Shown: in pieces, positions 10,250 to 21,982 of the stretch
Layout of the letters: each line of letters begins with the position of its first letter
Position numbering within the stretch: position 1 is the stretch's first letter
Assembly: GCA_951406725.2 (NCBI GenBank)
Contig: OX597814.1
Location: 173,910,001 to 173,974,000 of the forward strand
Source of the DNA: Octopus vulgaris
Taxonomy: Eukaryota
DNA: 64,000 nucleotides
Reading direction: 5' to 3'
Program-made: the position numbers and the translations under genes
The notes under the pieces: generated by a model
What the model saw: only the letters and a program-made list of their open reading frames with translations
Told to the model about the DNA's origin: nothing
Databases searched by the model: none

Positions 10250-12193
10250 AGGAAGATCATATTCCCAGAATTGCATTGTATTGAAGTAAATATAGTACAT
10301 ATATTATTCAAGGTGTGTGTGTGTGTGAAATTGTGAAGATACATTTTTTTGTTACATACACTGGATAGTCAGAGAAGGAGGTGTAGTCCTCACATTCTTT
10401 ACGGACTGTTGAGATTGATGTTTGATGTCCAGTCTGAAATCTGGAGGTTGATGTCTGCAGGAAAAACAGTGGCCAAAGCAGGAATTTCAGAAAGTTACAG
10501 TTTGGGGGGAAGATAGGACTAGGACATTGTGTAGGCATTGTGTTTGGGGGAAGATAGGACTAGGATATTGTGTTGGCTCTGTAGATGACCCAGAGGGAGA
10601 TTAGCAAGTCAGTATGGGTGGAGAGGGGATGTGCATTTTCTCTGTGTCTCTTGTTCTTAGTGACAGCTGAACATTTTCTTTAAAGCCCCTTTTAAAATGA
10701 AGTGGATTTGTTATTAGGTTATCAGTTATTTATTCATGCATTTTCATCCATTGTAGGAACTTCATTGTTTTTCATTACAATATACTTAACTCCAGTGTAC
10801 TTAGACAATATACTTAAATCACTTCAGTTTTACCTTATTGTCAAGAACAAGTTAGCAACAATAGCAACAGTACCATAGGGAGATTTGTCTGAAACTTGAG
10901 CTATAAGCATTGGCTTTATGAGTTCTTGTGATTTGACAGGAAAATAAGTGCAGGCATGGCTGTGTGGTAAGACGCTTGCTTCCCAACCACATGGTTCCAG
11001 GTTCAGTTCTACTGTGTGGCACCTTTGACAAGTGTCTTCTACTATAGCCTTGGGCCAACCAAAGCCTTGTGAATGAATTTGGTAGATGGAAAGTAAAAGA
11101 AGCCCATCACATATATATGTATATATTTATGTATATATTTATGTGTGTGTGTCTTCATGTCTGTTTGTCCTCCCCACCACTGCTTGACAACCAATGTTGG
11201 TGCATTTACATCCCCATAATTTAGTGATTCAGCAAAAGAGACCAACAGAATAAGTTCTAGGCTTACAAAGAATAAGTCCTGGAGCCAATTTCTTTAACTA
11301 AAAATCCCTTTTTAGTAGTGCTCCAGCATGGCCGCAGGCAAATGACTGAAACAAGTAAAAGAATAAAAGAAATAAATTCTCTACATAGATAGTTTCTGTT
11401 TCAATGGCCTGGAAAATAAGTATATTTTGTGTGAATCATATGTTTTGATAAATGGTTAGATTTTAAACTCTGTGATATATCTTAAACAGGTTTTCGTCTG
11501 GGAAAGCATGAAAAATTGGAGATCAGTTTTGTTATGGAAATTTGCTTCAGTCAAATAGCATTGAGCAAATAACATTTCAGGGTCACTCAAAGTGGGTAAT
11601 CTATTGTATCACTTGTATCAGACAATAAATAACTATCACTTTAATTACTTCAACACTAGTTCATATGAACTGAATTTTTATGATTGATAGTGAGTGTGTG
11701 TTTGCAAGTGTGTATGTAATATAGAAGGTATGTTTTCCTTATCAAAAGAGCTATTTATGATTAACTTGTGAGCATGCTGGACCTCCTAGCTGAAGGCTTA
11801 ATGGTTTTTAGTTTGTATTTTGTCATTGGCTTTTCGGTGTAATAGGAACCAAGAGAAAGTACATGTCACTGATGTAAAAAATAAAATTCTGTACATGTAT
11901 GTTAATGAGCTCAGGCCTAGAAGAGGATAGTCTCTGTCAAGCATGACTTTTCCACGTTATATTCAAAACCAAAGTCTTCAGTGATGCCTTAACAAACTAG
12001 CGGCCTACATTAATTGGCATTTTATATAATTTTGTTGTTTGTTGTACATTAATTAGCATTTTATATAACTGATTTGAATGGCATCTTCTCAGTTTTATTT
12101 GGCCTCTGTTTACTCAGCTATTTCATTATGAGTGCATATCATTAAACAAAAAAAAAAAAATAAAGACCAGTGTGTTTTGAAATGATGTGCCTG

Positions 12194-12645
12194 TCATCAT
12201 CATCATCATCATCATTTAACATCCGCTTTCCATGCTAGCATGGGTTGGACGATTTGACTGAGGACTGGTGAACCAGATGGCTGCACCAGGCTCCAATCTT
12301 GATCTGGTAGAGTTTCTACAGCTGGATGCCCTTCCTAACGCCAACCACTCCAAGAGTGTAGAGGGTGCTTTTACGTGCCACTTGCACGAGGGACAGCCAG
12401 GCGGTACTGGCAACAGTCATGCTCAAATGGTGTTTTTTACGTGCCACCTGCACAGGAGCCAGTCTAGCGGCACTGGCAATGACCTTGCTCAAATGTTTTC
12501 TCACTTGCCACTGGCACAAGTGCCAGTAAGGCGATGCTGGTAACGATCACGCTCGAATGGTGCTTTTTACGTGCCACCGACACGGAAGCCAGTTAGCTGC
12601 TGTGGCGAACAATCATGCTCAGATGGTGCTCTTAGCACTCCACTA
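12194..12645 (-). mobile_element. RTE LINE 3'UTR fragment
   Basis: (CAT)n tail plus the same terminal domain and subrepeats as 1828-2494. Further fragments at 15705-15862(-), 35352-35746(+) and 61785-61968(+). Confidence 0.85.
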
Positions 12646-12788
12646 TGAATAATTACCTGCACACACACACACAAACACACAAACACGCATGCACAATTAT
12701 GTATTATAATTTTACAAAATAATTTTAAATAATTGTGGTAGTGTATTCATAATTTATAGTATAGCTCTCTAACAAAGTTATTGTTATG

Positions 12789-13620
12789 TACAGGGTGCAA
12801 GAGGTATCCGAGTACATATTTAGTAATCTAATAAAACAATTCTAATCGAGCAACAACAAAATATATTTGTGCTCATGTTTTTGATAAGCTTCTTATAATA
12901 TTTTGTGAATCTGCCTTTAGCCTTGATGACTGCTTCAAAGCAGGATTGAAACCAGTGACATGTCTGCACTAAATGGTCCTTATTCATTTCAGACATCACA
13001 TAGATAGTGGTAGCCTTCGCTGAAGCTATGGTATTATGAGAATGTTGATTAGCCTTCTTTTCAACAATGTGTCAATTGTAGTAGTCCATGAGATTTAAAT
13101 CTAGTGAGTTTGACAGCCACAAGTTTGATGTTACATGATTGTAAATATTTTCTGCTATTTGTTCTTGGGTTAAGCGAGCTTTGTGAGAAGCTGTTGAGTC
13201 TTGTTGAAACACATATGGCCTTCCACTGCATACTTCATCCAGACCTTATCAACTTCCTCCAGTACCTCAGTGTATCCAGTAGCATTAATTCTAACCATCT
13301 ATCATTTTTCCTGTTAGACTTTTGGTCTTGGTCTGTTTTTCTCATCAGAAAAGAACAAAAAATGTCATGTGCATGAAGGGTTTTAACCTTGTTAAGTAAC
13401 CGTCAAGCATGAATCCAGTGATTTTTTTGTTTTTTGTTTTTTGTTTTTGTATCTTTACAGATATGGATTAGCCTCTCCTTGAAACATATGATTTGTATCA
13501 ACTAGCCTTCATTGATTTTCCAGGATAATCATTATTGTGCTCTGAATCTGTTTGAATGACAGTGTCCTTATAGTGTTCAAACATTTAGAATGTGTTTTTC
13601 TCTTTGATACTGTTGAAACA
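12789..13620 (-). mobile_element. Tc1/mariner-superfamily DD37D (maT-type) transposon relic
   Basis: Minus-strand translation GRPYVFQQDSTASHKARLTQEQIAENIYNHVTSNLWLSNSLDLNLMDYY. Catalytic Asp codons at 13198-13200 and 13084-13086 are separated by 37 residues. TA-CAGGGTG terminus at 12789. The other end is uncertain. Confidence 0.85.
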
Positions 13621-14026
13621 TTTTTATTGCATCTATACTCTGACGACTACTACTGCTGGTGCTGTTACAATAGCCAGAATATACAATCGGGGAGAGTGAC
13701 TAGATAGTCATCATGGGCATCTAAGACAAGTAGCAAGACCATGTGCCATGGTTTTGCTATCTAGATGTGAGCAGACAGTGACACTCTGTCAATGCTGCTA
13801 TCCTTAACCCAGCTGAATCCTCAGGACGTCATTGCTGGAAAGAGAAAGAGATACTCCAGCACTAAGCTAGTACTTTATTTATTAAGTTCAATTGGTTGAA
13901 ACTCAAAAGGCAAAAGTTGGGCTTCAGTGGGATCTGAACTGAGAGTGCATAAAGCCAGGACAAATATCAATGCTTTCTTAACAAAGCTTTTACAACTTCT
14001 CCAATTGATGCCTCCTGCATTTCTCT

Positions 14027-14057
<31 letters not shown>

Positions 14058-14224
14058 TATATATATTTACATTACTTTAATCACTTAAGCCCTACACTCC
14101 ACTGTTCTTGAACTCTGCACTGTCCTCCCTTAGTTCTTGTTGGTTTTGAATTCTCATTGATGCTTCTGCCACTTTGAATTTTTGTAGGGCCAAAATCCCT
14201 TAAAAGAAAAGCAATTTTTCCCCT

Positions 14225-14365
14225 AGAAAGAAATGGTCCATATTAGTCTGGCCTTTATCCTTTGACCTGTTCTGCATGGTGGGAGGCCTTACAAGGGGCT
14301 TCTACTCCATTGGCGTAGCTTTCAGGGTCATTTAGCCAGGCAAGCTATCACACCGCAATAAGGAC
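14225..14365 (-). mobile_element. Fragment resembling an RTE-clade 5'UTR
   Basis: Minus strand ccttattgcggtg...gcttgcctggctaaatgaccctgaaagctacgcc...ccatgcagaacaggtcaaagga...ccagactaa resembles the conserved RTE/BovB 5'UTR pattern as I recall it. Confidence 0.5.
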
Positions 14366-17300
14366 TGGGCCTCGTGATGGAACATATACACACATATTCT
14401 GGTTAGTGTTTATGTTGCATGCGAAAAGACAAAAGGAAGAAAAATTCAATAAATCAACCAGAAGTCTAAATTTCATCTTAACAAATCAACAGTTTATTTC
14501 TATATTTGCTATTACTGCCAACCTCCTTCTGCCATAACTTGAGTCAGTATGAGGTGTTTGTGTATGTGTACTTGTATGTATACACACACATTTTTTCAAT
14601 AATTTTGTTACAGCTTTTATTGCTTTTTTTTTTTTTGCAACAACTATTTCAAACCTCCAGTCTTTACCCCCATCGCCAATGCTCAGTTCAATATTTCAGT
14701 AATTTTCCTTATGCAGCACCTACATACACACATACACGCTCACACACATACATGTGTATGTGTATACTTAAGTAAGCTGTGTAAATATTACAATACAAGC
14801 CAGAAAGTATGTTTCCATAATGCAGACTTATGTCGTAGTTAATGTTGTGCATCTCAGATCAGATCTAATCAAGCAAACCTATAACCAAAGACCTTGGTTC
14901 GGCCTTTATCACCCTATCTTTTCACTTGTCGTAGTCTATCAAGGACAACTTTATCTAAAGTGTCCTTTATTCTTGAGACAGTGTAATGTAATTTTAGTGT
15001 AGACATGGCTTCTATTTCTAGCAAGCAGGTCAAGCAACCTTGTATAGTCTTCATTGACTTAATTTATGTATTGTAGGCATTTATTTGTAGTATGCATTGT
15101 ATGTATAAATATTGTATTTCATGCTTACATTTAGGGAGTACAATGGAATTCCTTACATCCTATTTGAAATCACAATGAATCGAAGGATAGTTTTTTTTCT
15201 TTCATGCAGTTTCTTTGTTTTCTTTTCTAAAAAAACGTGTGTATATGTTTTATGTGTGTGTATTTCTGGTATGTGTCTCTCTGTAATTTTCCTCTGCTGG
15301 TGTGATTATATATATGTGGAGTTGTGTATTTGTGTGAATGTAAGTATGTAGATGTGTCCATGCTTAGCCGCCTGGGCATATGTATGTGAGTATTGCACTA
15401 TATATGTTAACACCATAAACTCATTCACATACACACACTCAATGGTGTGCAGTAATTTGCACCCAAAGTACTTTGCTTTTGACCAGGTCAGTCAGGTGTG
15501 TTTGTTTGTTCGACAGCTTTCCAGTGACCAATGCTCAGGACAATGACATTAGTGATCAGGTATGTGTGTGTGGGAGTAGGGGTAGGGGTTAAGTCACAAT
15601 ATATGGATTTCAGTAATCTGGTAATACTCATATAAAATGCTCCTTAATGTATCATTCTACAAAACAGAATATATAGTATAATACAAGAGAAAACAATAAG
15701 GAGTATCATCATCATCGTTTAACATTCACTTTCCATGCTAGCATGGGTTGGACGATTTGACTGAGGTCTGGCAAACCAGATGGCTGCACCAGACTCCAAT
15801 CTGATCTGGCAGAGTTTCTACAGCTGGATGCCCTACCTAATGCCAACCACCCCGAGAGTGTATAAAACCATAAATGACAGAGAAATAGTTTGATGAAATT
15901 TTACTTAACAATAAGAAAATTCAATTATCACAAATTGTTTCTTGGCTTAAAAGCATATAAGTAATTTATATTATTATATCTAATAATAAATGAATTACTT
16001 ACATGTCTGCATTAATGCAAATTGCAAAAAAATAATTGATATAAAATAATAAGATGATTGTCTAGTAAATTATTTACATGTTTTTAAGTTACGAAACAAT
16101 TTGTGACATTTAAATTTTCTTATTGTTAAATAAAATTTCATCAAACTCTCTGTCATTTCTGACTTATATATATATATATGATCATCATTATCATTTTATA
16201 TATGCTGTCCATGTGGGCATATGTTGGACTGATCTGCTCATCAGGATGGGCCAGAATGGGGGGGTCTCTTTTCTTTTGTTCTCCAATTTGACTTCGTTTG
16301 TATGGTTGGATGCCTTTCCTAACACTAACTGCTTTAAAGAGTGTACAAGGTTCTGTTTTCAAACCACTATCTCTAAAGAATTGCCATGTTGTCAGTAAGA
16401 CCAAAGGGTTCTCATAGTGTCATACTGTACAAAGTATGAAGATGTGTGGCTTAGTGGTTAGGGTATTCAGTTCACAGTCATAAGGTTATGAGTTCAATTC
16501 CTGGTGGTGCATTGAGTCCTTGAGCAATACACTTTATTTTACATTCCTCCAGTCCATTCATCTGGCAAAAATGAGTTGTACATGTAATTCAAAGGGCCAG
16601 TCTTGTCACACTCTGTCATGCTGAATCTCCTTGAGAACTATGTTAAGGGTATGCGTGTCTATGGAGTGCTCTTCCACTTGCATGTTAATTTCATGAGCAG
16701 GCTGTTCCATTGATTGGATTAACTGGAACTCTCATTGTCATAACCAACCAGTGTACCAGTTACTTTACAAAGTGTATTGAGTGCATTTTACATGACACCA
16801 GAAATTAGGGGGGGGAGAGAGAGAGAGAGCCATGTCCTTGTCACAATTAAATTGATCTCTGCTCACTTGTCTATCTCATTAGAGAGTAAGAAGTATGAGT
16901 TGATAGAAGCATGAACAATAGTGATGAAAGAGATATGTGATAGTGGAATGAGAAATGGCTCTCAGTATTCTGAAATAAATACAAATATTTGAGGCAATAT
17001 GACTGAGATGATAGAAGTTCAGGATGTGTGAATGAAAGGGAATACGATTATGTTGGCAGACAATGTGATATAGACTGATGACATTACAGGAGATGAATGT
17101 GTCATAAGTATATGTATGCATACATGCCTGTGTGTGTGTAATATAAACATGTATACATATATTCAGGCAGTCGTATATACATGTACGCATACTCTTTTAC
17201 TTGTTTCAGTCATTTGACAGTGGCCATGCTGGAGCACCGCCTTTAGTCGAGCAAATCAACCCCAGGACTTATTCTTTTTAAGCCTAGTACTTATTCTATC

Positions 17301-17392
17301 AGTCTCTTTTGCCGAACCGCTAAGTTACGGGGATGTAAACACACCAGCATCCGCTGTCAAGCGATGTTGGGGGGACAAACACAGACACATAT

Positions 17393-17423
<31 letters not shown>

Positions 17424-18196
17424 CAACAGGCTTCTTTCAGTTTCCGTCTACCAAATCTACTCACAAGGCTTTGGTCTGGTCGGCCCGAGGCTGCCCAAGG
17501 TGCCATGCAGTGGGACTGAACCCGGAACCATGTGGTTGGTAAGTAAGCTACTTACCACACAGCCACTTCTACGCATCATCATCATCATTTTACATTTGAA
17601 TTCTGTGTTGACACATGTATTGGTCATCACACTTTGAGTCAGTTCTTACTGCTTTTTCTGGACAAATCGGAGGTCATATGTAAGCATGCATATATTATTA
17701 TGAATTGGGCCTTTTAATCTATAGTTTGATTTATCTGCATCACCACTTCAATCTTGGGTACTCTGAGCTCTGTCCATTATTCCCTTGCAAACATTTGGTA
17801 ACTTTGAAAAAGTTCTCAGGCGCTACCTCTGCTTGTTTGACAAAGTGATGTAAAGAAAAATGCGTAAATGTAAGCGCTTTATTTAAGTTCTTCATAAGAG
17901 AGTTCAAGCCAGTTGCTCCCAAAGCAACAAGACTTTTTGAGTTAAAAGAGTTCCCGGTGTTTGTAAATGTCTGGTTGAGTTTGTGTGTTGGTTGAGCTGT
18001 CAAAGCACACACTAAAGTGTGCGCATCTATTCACCTAAAGAATTTCAGATGGAGAATTTTAAGGAATGTCTTGCAAATCTTCACTGAGCCACTGATAGAA
18101 TGGATTTAGAAAATCCATGTCAGTTACTTTTGTTCTTTCCTCGAAGAACCTAAGAACCTAGTATATCTACCATTTGTGTATATTTTTGTGTAGTTT

Positions 18197-18493
18197 TGTA
18201 TGTATGATAGAATAAAAGGATGGGCAGGTAAACAACAGGTATCGGATCAGATTATAAGATATATATATATATATATATTTTATAATCTGACCTGATACCT
18301 GTTGTTTGCATGTCCATTCTTTTATTCTATCATACATACATACATTTTTTTTCTCTCCTTGTTTTTTTTCTGTATCCCTTTCTGTAGAGGAGCGTAGGCT
18401 TGAAACGTAAAAGACTTTTTCTATTCCTGAGCATTATACTAATACATCTGTTTGTTTTGTACACCACCTGTCTTTGTCTTTTTCGTAAACTCT

Positions 18494-18531
<38 letters not shown>
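18197..18531 (+). mobile_element. (TA)n-associated Penelope-like fragments: a ~60-bp inverted repeat plus a degenerate hammerhead (18378-18413)
   Basis: cttt-CTGTAGA-g-GAGC(gtag)GCTT-GAAAC-GTA-aaag. Same family at 25986-26140(-) and 30071-30150. Confidence 0.65.
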
Positions 18532-18534
<3 letters not shown>

Positions 18535-19160
18535 AAATCTAGATGGAAACGAATGCATAAAGGAGTATACTAGCAAAACACAGGAGATCGGTAAAAGGTC
18601 CACGAAGGGATGTTTGTAATAGGTGCGATGTACGGTGGTTGTATGTATGTGTGAATGCATGTAATAAGTATGTATTTATACCTGTAAGTATCTAAGAGGC
18701 AGGCATGTATGTATGTATGTATGTATGTATGTATGTATGTATGTATGTATGTATGTCTGAACGAATGTAAGAAGCATGTATGTACGTATTTACGTAACAA
18801 ACGTGTGTATATGTGTGTAATAAGCATGTGTGAATGTATGCATCTACGTTATTGTATTAGAATGCCATCCTAGAATATTTAGGAACCACTCCGGGATAGT
18901 CTGTATTTAGTGTCGGAACCAGCGAAGCAGCTTGTCTTGCTAGATAAATATTTCACACCATTGTCATTCATTGTTCTTCTCACCTTTGCCATTACCACCA
19001 CCAACGACGACCACCACCATCTGTTCTTAGCATTCTCACAGTTTCGATAGTGACTCAGACCCCACAAAGACAAATACAGTGAAACAACCACTACAACCAC
19101 CTCTTCTTTTCTCCTCTGCAATCTTTACTGAATACATTTTGATTATAATATTTAAACACA

Positions 19161-19445
19161 TGGAGGTGCAATGGCCCAGTGGTTAGGGCAGCGGATTGGC
19201 GGTCGTAGGATCGCGGTTTCGATTCCCAGACCGGGCGTTGTGAGTGTTTATTGAGCGAAAACACCTGCTTGGTGGCGATCCCTGCTGTACTCTTTCGCCA
19301 CAACTTTCTCTCACTCTTTCTTCTGTTGGCCTGCCTCGCTTAGCCAGCGGGGTGGCGTCATTTGAAGGCTAGAAAGCGCATTGTGACCAGCGATGCGTAG
19401 CAATATCTGATAGCCTGGTCGGTCGGTCACGTAACGTGACGTGAT
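19161..19445 (+). mobile_element. tRNA-headed SINE, family C
   Basis: ggaggtgcaatggcccagtggttagg A box and ggtttcgattccc B box. Homologous to 30654-30958(-) and 31604-31912(+). Confidence 0.9.
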
Positions 19446-21939
19446 TTAGACACATAGGCACACTTTTTACACATACATACACTGCAACGCGTATTAGCAT
19501 ATTACATATACCTACATACTGTCACACACACACACACATACAACTCATATGCTCTTTCTATCTTCATCAAACAATAACAACTCTTAGCTGTCTGACCACT
19601 TCGCATACTCTCTATCGACACTTAGGCGCCCCAACTCACACACACACTCAAAACATTTGTTGTCTTTCTCTCTTCGTCTTATCCTTATTCTTCCTAGTGC
19701 ATACATTCTACACTGCAACAACACTTCGCAATATCTTTCCCTATACGTTACACTGCAACAATATTAGTCGAAACTTCTCTCTCTCTCATACACACACACA
19801 CTACTTACACTTATAACATTTAGCTCTCTCTCCCCGCCTTCCTCATACTTACAGCACTTAGCTCTCTTTCTGCTCAGTATACAGAATAACAACACTGCTG
19901 TTTCTCTCTCTGTATACTGCACTGAAAAGCTTGTTTCTGTTTTACTTTGTAACATTCTTGTGGCTTCCGTTTATTTATGAGATTATAATACAACATTCTG
20001 TAACAGCATTTGTACCTGTAATCTTTCACCCCGCGTATCTCAGTAACATTGTATAGGAACTTCTCTTTATACAGCCGCTCGACCTGTTAACAATAGCAGC
20101 CAAATCTCTCTCAGATTATACCCCCTACTGTATAAGGAAAAAAGAATACATTGGACGATGTAATCTTAGATATACAAAAAGACGTGATGGTTACGGCTGG
20201 AACACTTCGATCATAAGTCAGCTTTTTAGGGCTAAATAGCAATGGGCGCCGGTGTGGCTGTTTTCCGGGTTCAGTCCGACTGCGTGGCACCTTGAACAAG
20301 TGTCTTCTACTGTAAAGCATTTTGAGTGGATTTGATAGACGGAAATAGAGAGAAGCCCGTCGTGTATATATATAGATATATGTGTGTGTGTGTGTGTGTG
20401 TCCTCCTATCACCGCTTGGTAACAGGTGTTGGTATGTTTACGTCCCCGTAACTTAGCGGTTAGACAAAAATGACCTATAGAATAAGTGCGAAGCTTAAAT
20501 AAAAATAAGTCCTGGTGTTGATTTGTTCGACTAAAATCCTTCAAGCCGGTGCCCCAGCATGGCTGCAGTTAATTGGCTGAAACAAAAGATAATGATATTC
20601 ATCGTAATTGCACCTGGCGTCCATCAATCGACCCTAACCCCCACTTCAAACTGTCAATGTGTTTACTTTGCCCTGCTACACTCACCTCAGTTACAGTACT
20701 TCCTTCCAGGCTGGTGGTAAAAGTAGCAGTCAAATACTCTCAAATGTCATACCGTCGTCTCGTAATGAAGGAAGGACACGTTTAGAGAAAGGGAGAGCGT
20801 GTGTACGTGAGCGAAAGAGATTTTCCATGATTGGTGTCGTAGAGGTACGGGCAGACGGAATGGTCACGATTGAAATGCCAGTGATCATAGGCCTGTCAAC
20901 TCAGTAGAGAACAACAAGCCATATTTACTTCCTCTCTCTCTCTCTTACTGTCTCTTTATCTTTCTTTCTCTCTCTTTCTTCCTGTCTCTCTCTCTCTCTC
21001 ACTGCACTTTAACAATATTTACTGTACCTCCTCCCCGCGTTATAACCATTTGCCGGCTTCTTTCTCCCGCGAGACGGATTCATACATATAATACACACAC
21101 GTACACGCATGCATTTACACATTGTTTACATGCTATTTAATGCGGTCCTCCTCAACACACAAATTGCTATACAATTGTCTCGGCATTTCCACGAGGATTA
21201 TTGACCCAATCACATACAAATCTCTCTCATTCACTCGTTTGCTATTTCTCTAGCTCTCTTTCTATTTCTCTCTGCCTTTCACATCCCAGTGTTGTCACTG
21301 TTAAGATATGCATAAGTAATTGTGTATAGGCTTTATACGTCTGTCTACCTTCTCTTTCTTCTTCCTCTTCTTTCTCACACCACTCCTTCACTTCTCCCTC
21401 AGCTCTCCCTTCTCCCCGCATTATCTTGCTTCTGACTTCAGAATTTCCTCGTTCCATTGCGCTACATATCTTCTAACAAACTCTATCGTGTGAAAAAACG
21501 TCAACAAACACAAATACGGCCACATATCCAACCAATCAACCAACAACAAAAGTGTACTAAATAATAACTCCGCCACCATCACCAACAACTAACTACAACA
21601 ATGTGTTATGACAAGTTCAAGTTCATCCTCGCCTTCTTACCTTTTAATTACCTCAAGTAATACAAACAGTACACATGCAGGATTCCTTCTAATATGTGCA
21701 GGGTGGTTGCTCGGCTGGGTTTACTGACAGATATTTTGTTATTCCAGTTTATCGATCTCTTTCTTCACACATTGGAACCATTGTAACTACTCTTTGTTTC
21801 TCCTTCAACTACTACTCCCAGTGCAGTTCTTTTTTGCGTGTACTTAGTACTGTGAAAACCAGAAAGCAAAGCATTTGCTGCTAAATGTTTTACTTCTTAT
21901 ACCAGAATCAGTCGACCGAATTGAACAGCAGGCAACATA

Positions 21940-21982
21940 ATGCTTATCGTATCTTCTGCTTCCAAAATGCCTTACGCAACAG
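21940..21982 (+). CDS. EVI5: Candidate first coding exon of EVI5 (MLIVSSASKMPYAT-, or MPYAT- from ATG 21967)
   Basis: In-frame TGA at 21922 upstream, CAAAATG start context at 21967, and a strong CAG|GTAAGA donor. It ends in phase 1, compatible with the phase-1 acceptor at 60434 (G|TC=Val). Located in the CpG-retaining region. Confidence 0.55.

Noticed and set aside
11490-11595. Possible exon after cttaaacag
   Set aside because: Stops in the frames examined and no recognisable protein similarity.
17740-18012. 90-aa minus-strand ORF in unique-looking sequence (similarly 42377-42559)
   Set aside because: No recognisable motif or convincing splice sites, so it cannot be supported without a search.
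19161-19235. tRNA genes
   Set aside because: A and B boxes are present, but no intact cloverleaf or terminator is evident. They are heads of multi-copy SINEs.
20681-20790. Minus-strand GAG|GTGAGT donor as an exon of the divergent transcript
   Set aside because: The putative exon overlaps a family-F repeat remnant and no acceptor is evident.
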